Source of the DNA: a phage
Sequence record: PZ386977.1
Strand: one strand, 5' to 3'
DNA length: 64,000 nt
In this document: piece after piece, positions 1-8,017 of the stretch
How positions within the stretch are numbered: position 1 is the stretch's first letter
How the letters are laid out: each line of letters starts with the position of its first letter
Translations under genes and position numbers: made by a program
The notes under the pieces: generated by a model
The model's input: only the letters and a program-made list of their open reading frames with translations
Told to the model about the DNA's origin: nothing
Database searches by the model: none

Positions 1-237
1 TAATATCCATTGCTTCGCCTGTTGCTACAAGTCCATCACCTGATTTTTCGACTAAACCTTTCTTAATCAATACACCAATGTTAGAGTTAACAACTGATGC
101 ATTGTATTCTGCTTCCAGAGCTTCACGGACATTGGCAGCAGTGGTGAAGTTGTTCTTAATGATATAAACCATTATTGCAGCAGTTTTTTCATTCAGAGCG
201 TTTTCAGAAGCTTTGATGATGTAAGTAACTTTAGACA
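1..237 (-). CDS. motA: MotA-like middle-transcription activator, N-terminal fragment (C-terminus beyond window edge)
   Basis: ATG near 235-237 with GGAG RBS and early promoter; N-terminus MSKVTYIIKASENALNEK...NSNIGVLIKKGLVEKSGDG matches my recollection of T4 MotA; adjacent to gene 52 as in T4. Confidence 0.55.
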
Positions 238-275
238 TTTTATTTCTCCAAATTAGTATTTGTTTTGATAGGTCT

Positions 276-304
276 ATAATATCATGTTTGAAGCAAAAGT
301 AAAC
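276..304 (-). promoter_or_regulatory. early sigma70-type promoter (GTTTAC-17-TATTAT) for motA
   Basis: minus strand reads GTTTAC, 17-nt spacer, TATTAT, then GGAG RBS and ATG. Confidence 0.55.
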
Positions 305-341
305 TTTATTTTGGGCTCTTTTTAAAAAGCCCTGGTAAAAT

Positions 342-557
342 TTACAAACTCATTTCTTTAATAAGGCCAATAAGTTTTGCCTTTTTAGAACGAAGCTTTT
401 CTAAATGACGTCCATTTGAACCGCGAACCACTAAAGAATTGATTTCAACTTCTAAGAAATTTAATTCTTTAACAAGTGCTTTACGAGGAGCATTCATACC
501 AGGTTTAACTTTACCGAAACGAGTAGTTGTGTTTTGGGTTAATTTCATTTTAGACAT
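342..557 (-). CDS. hypothetical small basic protein (71 aa)
   Basis: ATG ORF with GGAG RBS; driven by a near-identical copy of the motA promoter/leader cassette. Confidence 0.5.
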   Translation of the reverse strand: MSKMKLTQNTTTRFGKVKPGMNAPRKALVKELNFLEVEINSLVVRGSNGRHLEKLRSKKAKLIGLIKEMSL

Positions 558-596
558 TTTATTTCTCCAATTTGGTTGTTTTGTTTTGATAGGTCT

Positions 597-625
597 ATAA
601 TATCATGTTTGAAGCACATGTAAAC
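597..625 (-). promoter_or_regulatory. early promoter (GTTTAC-17-TATTAT), duplicate of the motA cassette
   Basis: about 50 nt near-identical to 262-306 including leader and RBS. Confidence 0.55.
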
Positions 626-635
626 TGTTTTGTGA

Positions 636-667
636 GAAAAAATGCACAAAAGGGAGCCGAAGCTCCC
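636..667 (-). terminator. rho-independent terminator downstream of gene 52
   Basis: GGGAGC-CGAA-GCTCCC hairpin followed on minus strand by TTTTGTGCATTTTTT. Confidence 0.55.
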
Positions 668-743
668 TAATCGTGATTGTCCAACCAATACAGCCAAATC
701 ACTAGTGCAGCTATTGCACCGATAAATCCTAAGGCTAGGGCAC

Positions 744-2069
744 TCAAAGTGCCTCCAAGTCTTTAGTGTACTCTGTCACAACATCAGTAGACTTCCAATA
801 CTCATTTTCTTCTTTCTTAGCTTTAGCTTCTTCTGCTAGTTTACGTGCTTCATCGGAAGTGATATGGAAGATGTTAAGACCTACTAGTTTATCGACGTGT
901 TCTTTGTACATTTCGATTTGTGCTAGCTCTTCAGTCAAAGCTTTACGGGTCTTGCCTTGAATCACAATTTCGCCGGCAATAACTTTTTTGATGAAGTGTG
1001 CCTTAGCAAAAGCCAGTTTAAATGCTTTTTCAGATTCAAGAATTTTGTTGTCGATACGTTTCTGAACGTAAGTCTTACGGACTTCAACAAAATCTTTGAT
1101 TAAGTCTACTACATTATCGTAGACAGCTAATTTACCCTTTTCATTAATCACTGTAATGTTTTGTGAACGACGTTCGATGAGACTAAAATCTTTCATGATT
1201 TTTTCATGACGTAGCTCTTCGTCATCTGGAAGCGAGTACTCTTTACGGAACTTCACCTTAAACCCAAAGCCGTGTTCACCACAATCATCTTCCCATGAGA
1301 TTAGACCTTTATCTTCTAATGGGTCAAGAACCTTACTCACATACGTTTCACGGTCGAATTTATATGGTATTTCAGTTATCTGCATTTGAGTGCGAGATGT
1401 GAACTTATATGTTCCGTGAATCTCGTACCGTCCATCAACTTCATGTACTTCACCACTGAATTCCGGGAATTCAACTTTTGGCTTAGTGACATTTTTACCT
1501 TGAAGAGCTTGTAATACAGCCTTTTTTACCGATTTAAAACTATGAGGCAGAATATTTGTTGCGTAACCGGTTGCAATACCAGATACACCATTCAAAAGAA
1601 CTGTCGGAACAATAGGAAGATAGAATTTTGGTGGAACGTGTTCTTTATCTTCATGAGCTGGAGCATATTCAGTATCTTTATAGACATTATAGAAATTTTT
1701 ACTTACACGAGCAAAAATATAACGAGATGCTGCAGCTTTTTGGACTGTTCGAGAACCAAAGTTGCCTTGACCATCTAATAGTGGATAGTTGTTGTTCCAT
1801 GTGTTAGCCATTAATGCACCTGCATCTTGTGCAGAAGATTCACCATGGTGATAACCTAAATCTGCAACACCGCCTGCAATTGACGCAAGTTTATGAAATT
1901 TTTCTTTATTACCACGAGCCAAATCTAACGCACGATGAACCACAAAACGTTGAACCGGCTTAAATCCATCAATCATGTTTGGGATTGCACGGTTTTCAAC
2001 GGTGTACATCGCATATGCTAAGGCTTCGTTATCAATAATACTTTTTAGATTACGAGAATTCAATTGCAT
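744..2069 (-). CDS. 52: DNA topoisomerase II medium subunit (GyrA-like cleavage subunit)
   Basis: 441 aa; N-terminus MQLNSRNLKSIIDNEALAYAMYTVENRAIPNMIDGFKPVQR is the type II topoisomerase A-subunit signature; size matches T4 gp52. Confidence 0.9.
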   Translation of the reverse strand: MQLNSRNLKSIIDNEALAYAMYTVENRAIPNMIDGFKPVQRFVVHRALDLARGNKEKFHKLASIAGGVADLGYHHGESSAQDAGALMANTWNNNYPLLDGQGNFGSRTVQKAAASRYIFARVSKNFYNVYKDTEYAPAHEDKEHVPPKFYLPIVPTVLLNGVSGIATGYATNILPHSFKSVKKAVLQALQGKNVTKPKVEFPEFSGEVHEVDGRYEIHGTYKFTSRTQMQITEIPYKFDRETYVSKVLDPLEDKGLISWEDDCGEHGFGFKVKFRKEYSLPDDEELRHEKIMKDFSLIERRSQNITVINEKGKLAVYDNVVDLIKDFVEVRKTYVQKRIDNKILESEKAFKLAFAKAHFIKKVIAGEIVIQGKTRKALTEELAQIEMYKEHVDKLVGLNIFHITSDEARKLAEEAKAKKEENEYWKSTDVVTEYTKDLEAL

Positions 2070-2073
2070 ATTT

Positions 2074-2214
2074 TCACCATATTAATGAACGAATAACCAT
2101 TATAACATCTGAAATGAAAAGCACTACTTGTATTAGCCCAAACATCACACCGTAGTACAGAACCGTAAGCAACAACAAGAGCCCGAAGGCTCCTGCTAAG
2201 ATTTTCTTAATCAT
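2074..2214 (-). CDS. small hydrophobic membrane peptide (about 46 aa)
   Basis: ATG ORF below the 60-aa cutoff; MIKKILAGAFGLLLLLTVLYYGVMFGLIQVVLF is one predicted TM helix; ends 5 nt before gene 52 ATG; possibly ac-like. Confidence 0.4.
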   Translation of the reverse strand: MIKKILAGAFGLLLLLTVLYYGVMFGLIQVVLFISDVIMVIRSLIW

Positions 2215-2360
2215 TACTCGCCTTTTAACACGTTAAAAAGAGCTAAGACCGCTAAGGTGCCTTGTGATACGGCCTGTTGAAATACCGTTGTTTCGCCTGT
2301 AACTAAAGTGTTAACGAATAAAAACGACCAACACAACAATGCAATAATCCATGATACCAT
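2214..2360 (-). CDS. small hydrophobic membrane peptide (about 48 aa)
   Basis: ATG with GAGGT RBS; MVSWIIALLCWSFLFVNTLVTGE...; stop overlaps next ATG (TAATG coupling). Confidence 0.4.
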   Translation of the reverse strand: MVSWIIALLCWSFLFVNTLVTGETTVFQQAVSQGTLAVLALFNVLKGE

Positions 2361-2412
2361 TTTAATTACCTCACAAATAAATTAAAGGCCTATTAAGTTA
2401 GGCCTGTATAAA

Positions 2413-2859
2413 TTAGTAACTCTGCAGAATAAATTTGAAATTATCGGCCAGAAGACGGTTCATTTCAGTGAGTGTTTGATATTCTGATGTATGGTTGCGA
2501 GTGAACGCTAGAGCCAATTGTCCTTTACCATAACCAGTGGTCAGAGGTTTCATGTTCTTAGCTGAAACAAAGATTACATCGTATTCAATATTGTTAGTGC
2601 CCATGGTACGAGCTAGTTGTGAACGGCCTTGACGAATGTGAGAAAGAATTGCATCTAACCCTTGTTTAGAACGTTGACGTCCTACAAAGAATCGTGCTGC
2701 TACTTGACGCCAGTCAGATGAACCTTTAACGAAGAAGTAAAAACCTTCACGAGAACGAAACTCTTTAGAAACTTCAGAACCATATTCGCCATTACGAACT
2801 ACTGCAACAACTTCACCGCCAACTGCCAGAAGGTCTTTACGAGTTAAATATTTGGACAT
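2413..2859 (-). CDS. hypothetical protein (148 aa), possibly Ndd-like
   Basis: ATG ORF with GAGG RBS and upstream promoter/stem-loop cassette; Ndd assignment is by position and size only. Confidence 0.5.
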   Translation of the reverse strand: MSKYLTRKDLLAVGGEVVAVVRNGEYGSEVSKEFRSREGFYFFVKGSSDWRQVAARFFVGRQRSKQGLDAILSHIRQGRSQLARTMGTNNIEYDVIFVSAKNMKPLTTGYGKGQLALAFTRNHTSEYQTLTEMNRLLADNFKFILQSY

Positions 2860-2896
2860 GCTAATTTCCTCAATTGATTAATGTTTTTGTAATCCA

Positions 2897-2931
2897 TGAG
2901 AGCATTATACTCTGCTCTCAAGAGTTTGTAC
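2897..2931 (-). promoter_or_regulatory. early promoter with embedded inverted repeat (PeSL-like cassette)
   Basis: minus strand TTGTAC-18-TATAAT; TGAGAGC/GCTCTCA inverted repeat spans the -10; near-identical copy at 48484-48518. Confidence 0.5.
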
Positions 2932-2935
2932 AATT

Positions 2936-3136
2936 TTATTCGGTTATATCAGAACGTTCAAAAAGCTCTTCAACAGTTAAACATTCGGTGTCATCCTCAA
3001 TAAAGAATCGGGTCCAACACGTTGGGGCAATGCAGTTATGAGTTTGTCCGGCGATAGAAGCTACACGAATAAGCTGCTGTCCATTATTCAGGACGAATTT
3101 TTCACCAATTTCAACATCTTTAAAAAGCTTAGCCAT
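2936..3136 (-). CDS. hypothetical protein (66 aa)
   Basis: ATG ORF with GAGG RBS and own upstream promoter cassette. Confidence 0.45.
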   Translation of the reverse strand: MAKLFKDVEIGEKFVLNNGQQLIRVASIAGQTHNCIAPTCWTRFFIEDDTECLTVEELFERSDITE

Positions 3137-3164
3137 TTTGTATTCCTCGTGTTTTGATAGGACT

Positions 3165-3194
3165 ACTATACCATAATCCTACCTTGTTGTAAAC
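3165..3194 (-). promoter_or_regulatory. early promoter (GTTTAC-18-TATAGT) with inverted repeat
   Basis: TAGGA/TCCTA arms flank the -10 on the minus strand. Confidence 0.5.
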
Positions 3195-3386
3195 AATTAA
3201 ATTACATTAAAATATGTTAAAGCTAACCATGTTCCAGTGAATGAACATGCAATGTAAAAAACCGTATCACAAATTGTTCTTAGTACAATAAGAAGTGCAT
3301 TTTTCATAAGTACCTCAACACAATTGAAAATATTATACAAATCATTGGGATACTAAGCAACCATATTCCGATCCACATTTTAGAGC

Positions 3387-3650
3387 TCATATCTCAACTT
3401 CCGCGAGTTCCATATATCCTTTGTTGATAACCTCTTTAAGGTCTTTAGAAAGAATAACACCAAAATGGTCGTTCATATGTCCGTTAACTAAACGAGTTAT
3501 TTCGGCTTCAGATGACATATAAGGCACGTCCGAGTCCCAATGAGATAGACTTAAATGAGTATAAATCATCCCTTCGTCATCTGCTGTGTTGTACATTGAA
3601 ACAAACTCACCGGTCACTTTATGTTTTGCGTAGAAAAATTTAAATTTCAT
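3387..3650 (-). CDS. hypothetical protein (87 aa)
   Basis: ATG ORF, RBS AGAGGA, promoter cassette upstream. Confidence 0.45.
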   Translation of the reverse strand: MKFKFFYAKHKVTGEFVSMYNTADDEGMIYTHLSLSHWDSDVPYMSSEAEITRLVNGHMNDHFGVILSKDLKEVINKGYMELAEVEI

Positions 3651-3669
3651 GATGTTATCCTCTTTTAGA

Positions 3670-3706
3670 TAGGACTACTATATCATAGTCCTACTTAGTT
3701 GTAAAC
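3670..3706 (-). promoter_or_regulatory. early promoter (GTTTAC-18-TATAGT) inside perfect 8-bp inverted repeat
   Basis: TAGGACTA ... TAGTCCTA arms at about 3670-3677 and 3686-3693; then RBS and ATG of ORF 3387..3650. Confidence 0.55.
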
Positions 3707-3719
3707 ACTTTTTATGAAA

Positions 3720-4277
3720 TTAAAGATGAAGATACCAACCGTTGTAGTTGCTCTTACGAACGATTTTCTTTAGGTCTTCATGGTCTCCCACGAACTTTAT
3801 AGAATAAGAGAAGACGTCAGGTGAGGTTTCTTTGACATTCAATATAATAATACAGTCTGCAACTCGATGATTAAGGAAGGGCCCTATGTTGATTCCGTTG
3901 CCACCCGGATAATCACCACTGTATCCTGTGGTAACAGAAATCCATTTAGAATCCATCTGATGTGTCTTGACTTCTACACGAATTCCACAATATTTAGGAT
4001 GGGCTAACACGTCCCACGCATACGTGTACGGGTCTTCTACGTCTTCAATACCTTTATTAACATATCCGTCTAGCCAATTTGCTACTACATACTCTGCAAA
4101 GACTGCAACCTTACAACGTCGAACTACGTCTTCTTTTATTTGACCTGGATCTTGTTTCAACGAGTACCGAGCAGTGTCAGCAATCTTCACTTTCATTTCA
4201 CTAGTCAAAAACTCATTCGACAGGATAAATGTCGGAAGATTCTTCAGTCTCAACAGTCCCAAGTTCGTCTTTACCAT
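3720..4277 (-). CDS. hypothetical protein, possibly DenB-like endonuclease IV (start trimmed to internal ATG)
   Basis: ORF 3720..4340 trimmed to ATG at 4277 with AGAGGT RBS gives 185 aa, the size I recall for T4 DenB which follows rIIB; no catalytic motif recognised. Confidence 0.4.
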   Translation of the reverse strand: MVKTNLGLLRLKNLPTFILSNEFLTSEMKVKIADTARYSLKQDPGQIKEDVVRRCKVAVFAEYVVANWLDGYVNKGIEDVEDPYTYAWDVLAHPKYCGIRVEVKTHQMDSKWISVTTGYSGDYPGGNGINIGPFLNHRVADCIIILNVKETSPDVFSYSIKFVGDHEDLKKIVRKSNYNGWYLHL

Positions 4278-4500
4278 AGATACCTCTGATGTGTAGTTCG
4301 CCAAAATAAATGCGGTCTCCTTCTTCAAGATAGTTAGCATCTACAGGTGGAATTTCATTAACAACTTCGTCGCATTCTAACCAGCCGTAGTGTGCATCAC
4401 CAGGATGTTTTACCAATTTAGCACAATAAACTGATTTACACTTATGATGACCACGAAGATTAGCAATTTTGGATTCTGATACGTCAAATGGATGAATCAT
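4213..4500 (-). CDS. hypothetical protein (95 aa)
   Basis: ATG ORF with AGGGG RBS just downstream of the rIIB terminator; 3' end overlaps next ORF out of frame. Confidence 0.4.
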   Translation of the reverse strand: MIHPFDVSESKIANLRGHHKCKSVYCAKLVKHPGDAHYGWLECDEVVNEIPPVDANYLEEGDRIYFGELHIRGIYGKDELGTVETEESSDIYPVE

Positions 4501-4513
4501 AATTACCCCTAAA

Positions 4514-4536
4514 GAAAAAAGGGGACCGAAGTCCCC
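4514..4536 (-). terminator. rho-independent terminator after rIIB
   Basis: GGGGAC-TTCG-GTCCCC hairpin followed by TTTTTTCTTT on minus strand. Confidence 0.65.
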
Positions 4537-4541
4537 AATTA

Positions 4542-5489
4542 TTATTCTGCAAATAATTCAGTAACGTCTGAAATTACTTCATAACGACAAGTACGCATCT
4601 TAGCATCACCATAGTCAACCGGGATGGATACAACATCACGTGGATGAACTTTAACCTTAACAACTTTATCTGAGCTTGAACCAAAGTGGCGAATATAAGA
4701 TTTAGCACAAACGTGGAGACCGCGAGAACAGGTTTGAGTATCATCGTCGTTAACTCGAGTACGAGGCATTGAAACAACTTTACCTGGGGAGTTATCAAAT
4801 GTACCACTATAGCAGTCTAAATAGTCCTTACGAACTACTTTCCACGCATAGAAATACCCATCTTCAGTGATTTCAATATCATTTGCAACCAAGAAGTCGA
4901 ATAAACGTTGTACAGCTTTTTCGCTCGGGTTTTCTAACAGGTTTTCAAGGAACGGCAGATAGAATTTAAAGTCTTCGCCTTTTTCCATGGAATCAATAAT
5001 ACGATTAACCAGTCCTGAACGAATTTCTATACCTTGATAAAATAAACTACCACCTTCAATAGTAACATTACCATCAACAAACTTACTAATAGCTTTCTTG
5101 ATGTTAATAAGTTCGACAGCTTTACTAAGGTTTCCTGCGACCAGATTAGCTTTAATTTCTTCAAAATTTGCATGACTTGATGGGGTCGCATTGTATGCTA
5201 CGCGTCCTTCAATAATTGAAATAAATTTAGATGACGCGTTCCATACGATTTCAGGACGATGTCCGCCGATAATAGGTTCATCATTTTCTGGAACTTCTTC
5301 GATTACATAAGAGGCATCGTTTGCTTCAGGGACAACGCCTTCTGCTTTAAAATTCTTAACAATCTTACGAAGAGTATCTGTTGAAATGTCGAAGTAATCG
5401 GCAATTTCTTTACGAGTCCATTTGCCTGATTCAACCAGGCCGTAAGCTTCTAACTGTTCTTCTTGGGACAAGCATTTGATATTGTACAT
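4542..5489 (-). CDS. rIIB: rIIB protein (membrane-associated lysis-inhibition/rapid-lysis protein)
   Basis: 315 aa; N-terminus MYNIKCLSQEEQ matches my recollection of T4 rIIB; immediately downstream of rIIA. Confidence 0.8.
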   Translation of the reverse strand: MYNIKCLSQEEQLEAYGLVESGKWTRKEIADYFDISTDTLRKIVKNFKAEGVVPEANDASYVIEEVPENDEPIIGGHRPEIVWNASSKFISIIEGRVAYNATPSSHANFEEIKANLVAGNLSKAVELINIKKAISKFVDGNVTIEGGSLFYQGIEIRSGLVNRIIDSMEKGEDFKFYLPFLENLLENPSEKAVQRLFDFLVANDIEITEDGYFYAWKVVRKDYLDCYSGTFDNSPGKVVSMPRTRVNDDDTQTCSRGLHVCAKSYIRHFGSSSDKVVKVKVHPRDVVSIPVDYGDAKMRTCRYEVISDVTELFAE

Positions 5490-5498
5490 AATGTTTCC

Positions 5499-7712
5499 TT
5501 ATTTGGCCGCTTCCACGGCCTTCATGAATTTAACGATTTGAGCGACCTGTTCTTTAGAAAGAGTACCACGTCGTCCCATGTATTCTGACACAATATGATA
5601 ATTGGTTTCGAATTCAATAACCATTTTATCATCATTATCGTAAGCATTATCTTTAAGCTTATCGAAAATTTTAGCACACAATTCTAACTTCCTGTTCAGG
5701 TCTCTGTTTTCAGCACCTGCGAATCGATTCCATCCCCAACGATTATTTACTGTTGAGAGTTTTGCAAAATCTTTACTGATTTCTTTGTTTTTAGAGCTAA
5801 AATACTTACTAAGGAAGTTAAGCTCTTCATTACGAGTAATATGATTCAAATAAGGCTGTGCTCTACGACTTGGTGATACATACTCATCATAATCCACTTT
5901 ATCGATTAGCGTAATATAGTCATTAATTGATTTTTCGAACAAGCATTCTACTTCACCAAGTTTACGAACTTTTTTAGCAATCTGTGGACGAACTACAGTG
6001 AACTCTTTAATACCTGACAAATCAGCAATACGGGTCAAGAAATTGGAGTCATAGTTCAACCAACCTTTATCTGCGTCAAGACATTCAGCATTAGAACGAT
6101 TACGAACTATAGCATAACCTTGGATTTCATCTGCTTCACTTGCCGGAATAAAGAGGTCTTCTGATACCCAAACATCGTTTTCATTCTTAAAGAATCGATG
6201 AGCACTTGGCGATTTAGGACGAGGCTCGTTAGTCCGTTTCCTGACTTCAATCCATGGCTTAACGATTTGTAAAAGCTCTGAAGTCTTGTACATGTTAATG
6301 TTGTCGCCATCAAAGATAACTTTAAGGCGTTCCAGAAGTTTCATTGCATCTTCGTCTGTAGGGTCAACGAATAGTACACTTTTACCAAAACCGCGTGGAA
6401 CTTTACCAGTTAATTTAACCTCGTCTTTAGACATTTCAATTGAATTAAGAGCTCGCATTAATGGAACGCGTCCCTTAACGTCGTCAATAACGATTTCAAC
6501 ATTTTTAATGTTAATGCCAATCAGGCTGTTAATTGAAATGGTCGATGATGAGCTACCACTTTCACGAATACGACGAAGACGAGGGGATTCAACGATATCG
6601 TATACAACGCCAAGATTACACCACTCAGGCCCCATTTTAAAACGTTTGTACAACTCAGAATAAGTTAATTGTTCTTTAGAGTATTTCAGTGATTCAATAT
6701 TAGACCCGGCCTTTTCCATGTATTTACGAGCGGTATAGCCAAGAGAATCAATTTCACGGAACACATGACGTGGGTATTTACAATCAATCCATTTCTTAGA
6801 ATCTTCAGCGAACAATTTAGCATCGATTTCTGCAACTCGTTTATGGATATTTGCTACTGTACGTTTATCAAATGACAATGCTTCACGAGACGGAGCTACG
6901 TCTAGTTCACCCATAGGGAATTTAATATAAGCTGTAGTGCATCGTGTCATCATCCATGTTTGTTCTTTAATAACACTTCCAATTGGATATACAATACCAC
7001 CATAAACAGCCATGATATTACCACGTTCACCCCATGGAGCTTCCTTGGCCAAATATACATCGTCAAATTCAGGGAAGTATTTAATATCTTTAACACCACG
7101 AACTTCTGCAATATCACCTAGAGGACGCATAACATAAGCAATTTCGGATGCAAACTTTTCAAAATCTTCTGGGTTAACCGGTACGACTACTTCTACACCC
7201 GTACGGTCATCAGGACCCATCTTATCTACAAAGGTTGGCTTAATTTGTGGACCTGTGTCATCTTGGTAGATTACGTAACCACGAACTTCGCCGTTGTGAT
7301 AAGACGTAAGGTTAAACGTATCAGTATATGCTAATGGAGCTTTAGAACCGAGTCCAAATCCACCAATGAAATCGTTGCTCGATGTTTTAGTTGAAGCAAA
7401 ATATGAGTTATAGATTCCTGGCTCTTCGTCATTACCTCGAATGGTGAAATCGCTCATACCAGGACCAAAGTCTCGAACTACAAAGCGTGGGTCTAAACGA
7501 CCTGGAGCCTGAACAATAAACTTATCAGTGCAACCATTAAGAATTTGTCCATCGATACAGTTTGTAATTAATTCACGTACACAAGCCAATTCTTTGTTTG
7601 TATAAAGGTCATTAGACAAAATCTTATAAACTTTGCTATTGCCTTGAATAGTGAATGCTGTGCTCTTACCGCCTGAACCAATAATCGTTTCTTTAGCCGT
7701 TTCAATAATCAT
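5499..7712 (-). CDS. rIIA: rIIA protein
   Basis: 737 aa; N-terminus MIIETAKETIIGSGGKST (GHKL-like ATPase start); size and position match T4 rIIA. Confidence 0.8.
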   Translation of the reverse strand: MIIETAKETIIGSGGKSTAFTIQGNSKVYKILSNDLYTNKELACVRELITNCIDGQILNGCTDKFIVQAPGRLDPRFVVRDFGPGMSDFTIRGNDEEPGIYNSYFASTKTSSNDFIGGFGLGSKAPLAYTDTFNLTSYHNGEVRGYVIYQDDTGPQIKPTFVDKMGPDDRTGVEVVVPVNPEDFEKFASEIAYVMRPLGDIAEVRGVKDIKYFPEFDDVYLAKEAPWGERGNIMAVYGGIVYPIGSVIKEQTWMMTRCTTAYIKFPMGELDVAPSREALSFDKRTVANIHKRVAEIDAKLFAEDSKKWIDCKYPRHVFREIDSLGYTARKYMEKAGSNIESLKYSKEQLTYSELYKRFKMGPEWCNLGVVYDIVESPRLRRIRESGSSSSTISINSLIGINIKNVEIVIDDVKGRVPLMRALNSIEMSKDEVKLTGKVPRGFGKSVLFVDPTDEDAMKLLERLKVIFDGDNINMYKTSELLQIVKPWIEVRKRTNEPRPKSPSAHRFFKNENDVWVSEDLFIPASEADEIQGYAIVRNRSNAECLDADKGWLNYDSNFLTRIADLSGIKEFTVVRPQIAKKVRKLGEVECLFEKSINDYITLIDKVDYDEYVSPSRRAQPYLNHITRNEELNFLSKYFSSKNKEISKDFAKLSTVNNRWGWNRFAGAENRDLNRKLELCAKIFDKLKDNAYDNDDKMVIEFETNYHIVSEYMGRRGTLSKEQVAQIVKFMKAVEAAK

Positions 7713-7724
7713 GTTTTTCTCTCA

Positions 7725-7925
7725 TCACAAGTTACGTTTAAAAATTTCTGCTACTTCAAGAAGTTCTTCTTTAGTAGCTGTATCGGTTTGTATTTTATAT
7801 CGAATTTCTTTAAAGCGTTCTTTAAAGGACTCTGCTGACTCGATATCAAAAAATCTTTGGATAAGCCGGAATTCCCGGAGCACTGCTTTATCAAAAAGTT
7901 CCAAGTCCACGTTATATGTTCTCAT
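7725..7925 (-). CDS. hypothetical protein (66 aa), rIIA.1 position
   Basis: ATG ORF immediately upstream of rIIA. Confidence 0.45.
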   Translation of the reverse strand: MRTYNVDLELFDKAVLREFRLIQRFFDIESAESFKERFKEIRYKIQTDTATKEELLEVAEIFKRNL

Positions 7926-7950
7926 AATATTCTCTTCAGTAGATTCCTAG

Positions 7951-8001
7951 GGCACTATTACTAAAGACCATATAATCTATCATCTTATGTGTAATAGTGC
8001 C
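7951..8001. repeat. perfect 11-bp inverted repeat with 29-nt AT-rich loop
   Basis: GGCACTATTAC ... GTAATAGTGCC; loop contains TATAAT; lies between the glycosyltransferase stop and the 66-aa ORF. Confidence 0.6.
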
Positions 8002-8017
8002 TCAGGCGATTCAGGAT

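Noticed and set aside
262-306. MotA-box-like TTTGCTTCA inside the motA promoter as evidence of a middle promoter
   Set aside because: The box is only 7 nt from the -10 instead of 11-13 nt, whereas a GTTTAC -35 sits at the canonical 17 nt, so it is called an early promoter.
670-760. Possible 28-codon TTG-initiated hydrophobic peptide immediately downstream of gene 52
   Set aside because: Non-ATG start, very short SD spacing and overlap with the gene 52 terminator region; insufficient support.
766-960. Plus-strand ORFs of 60-160 aa lying inside minus-strand genes (for example 766..960, 1542..1778, 6286..6663, 37315..37755, 43997..44485)
   Set aside because: They are antisense to well-supported conserved genes, lack RBS and promoter context and have low-complexity composition, so they are most likely spurious.
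2190-2205. GAGCC-CGAA-GGCTC hairpin as a terminator
   Set aside because: It lies inside the coding sequence of the small membrane ORF and has no flanking U-tract.
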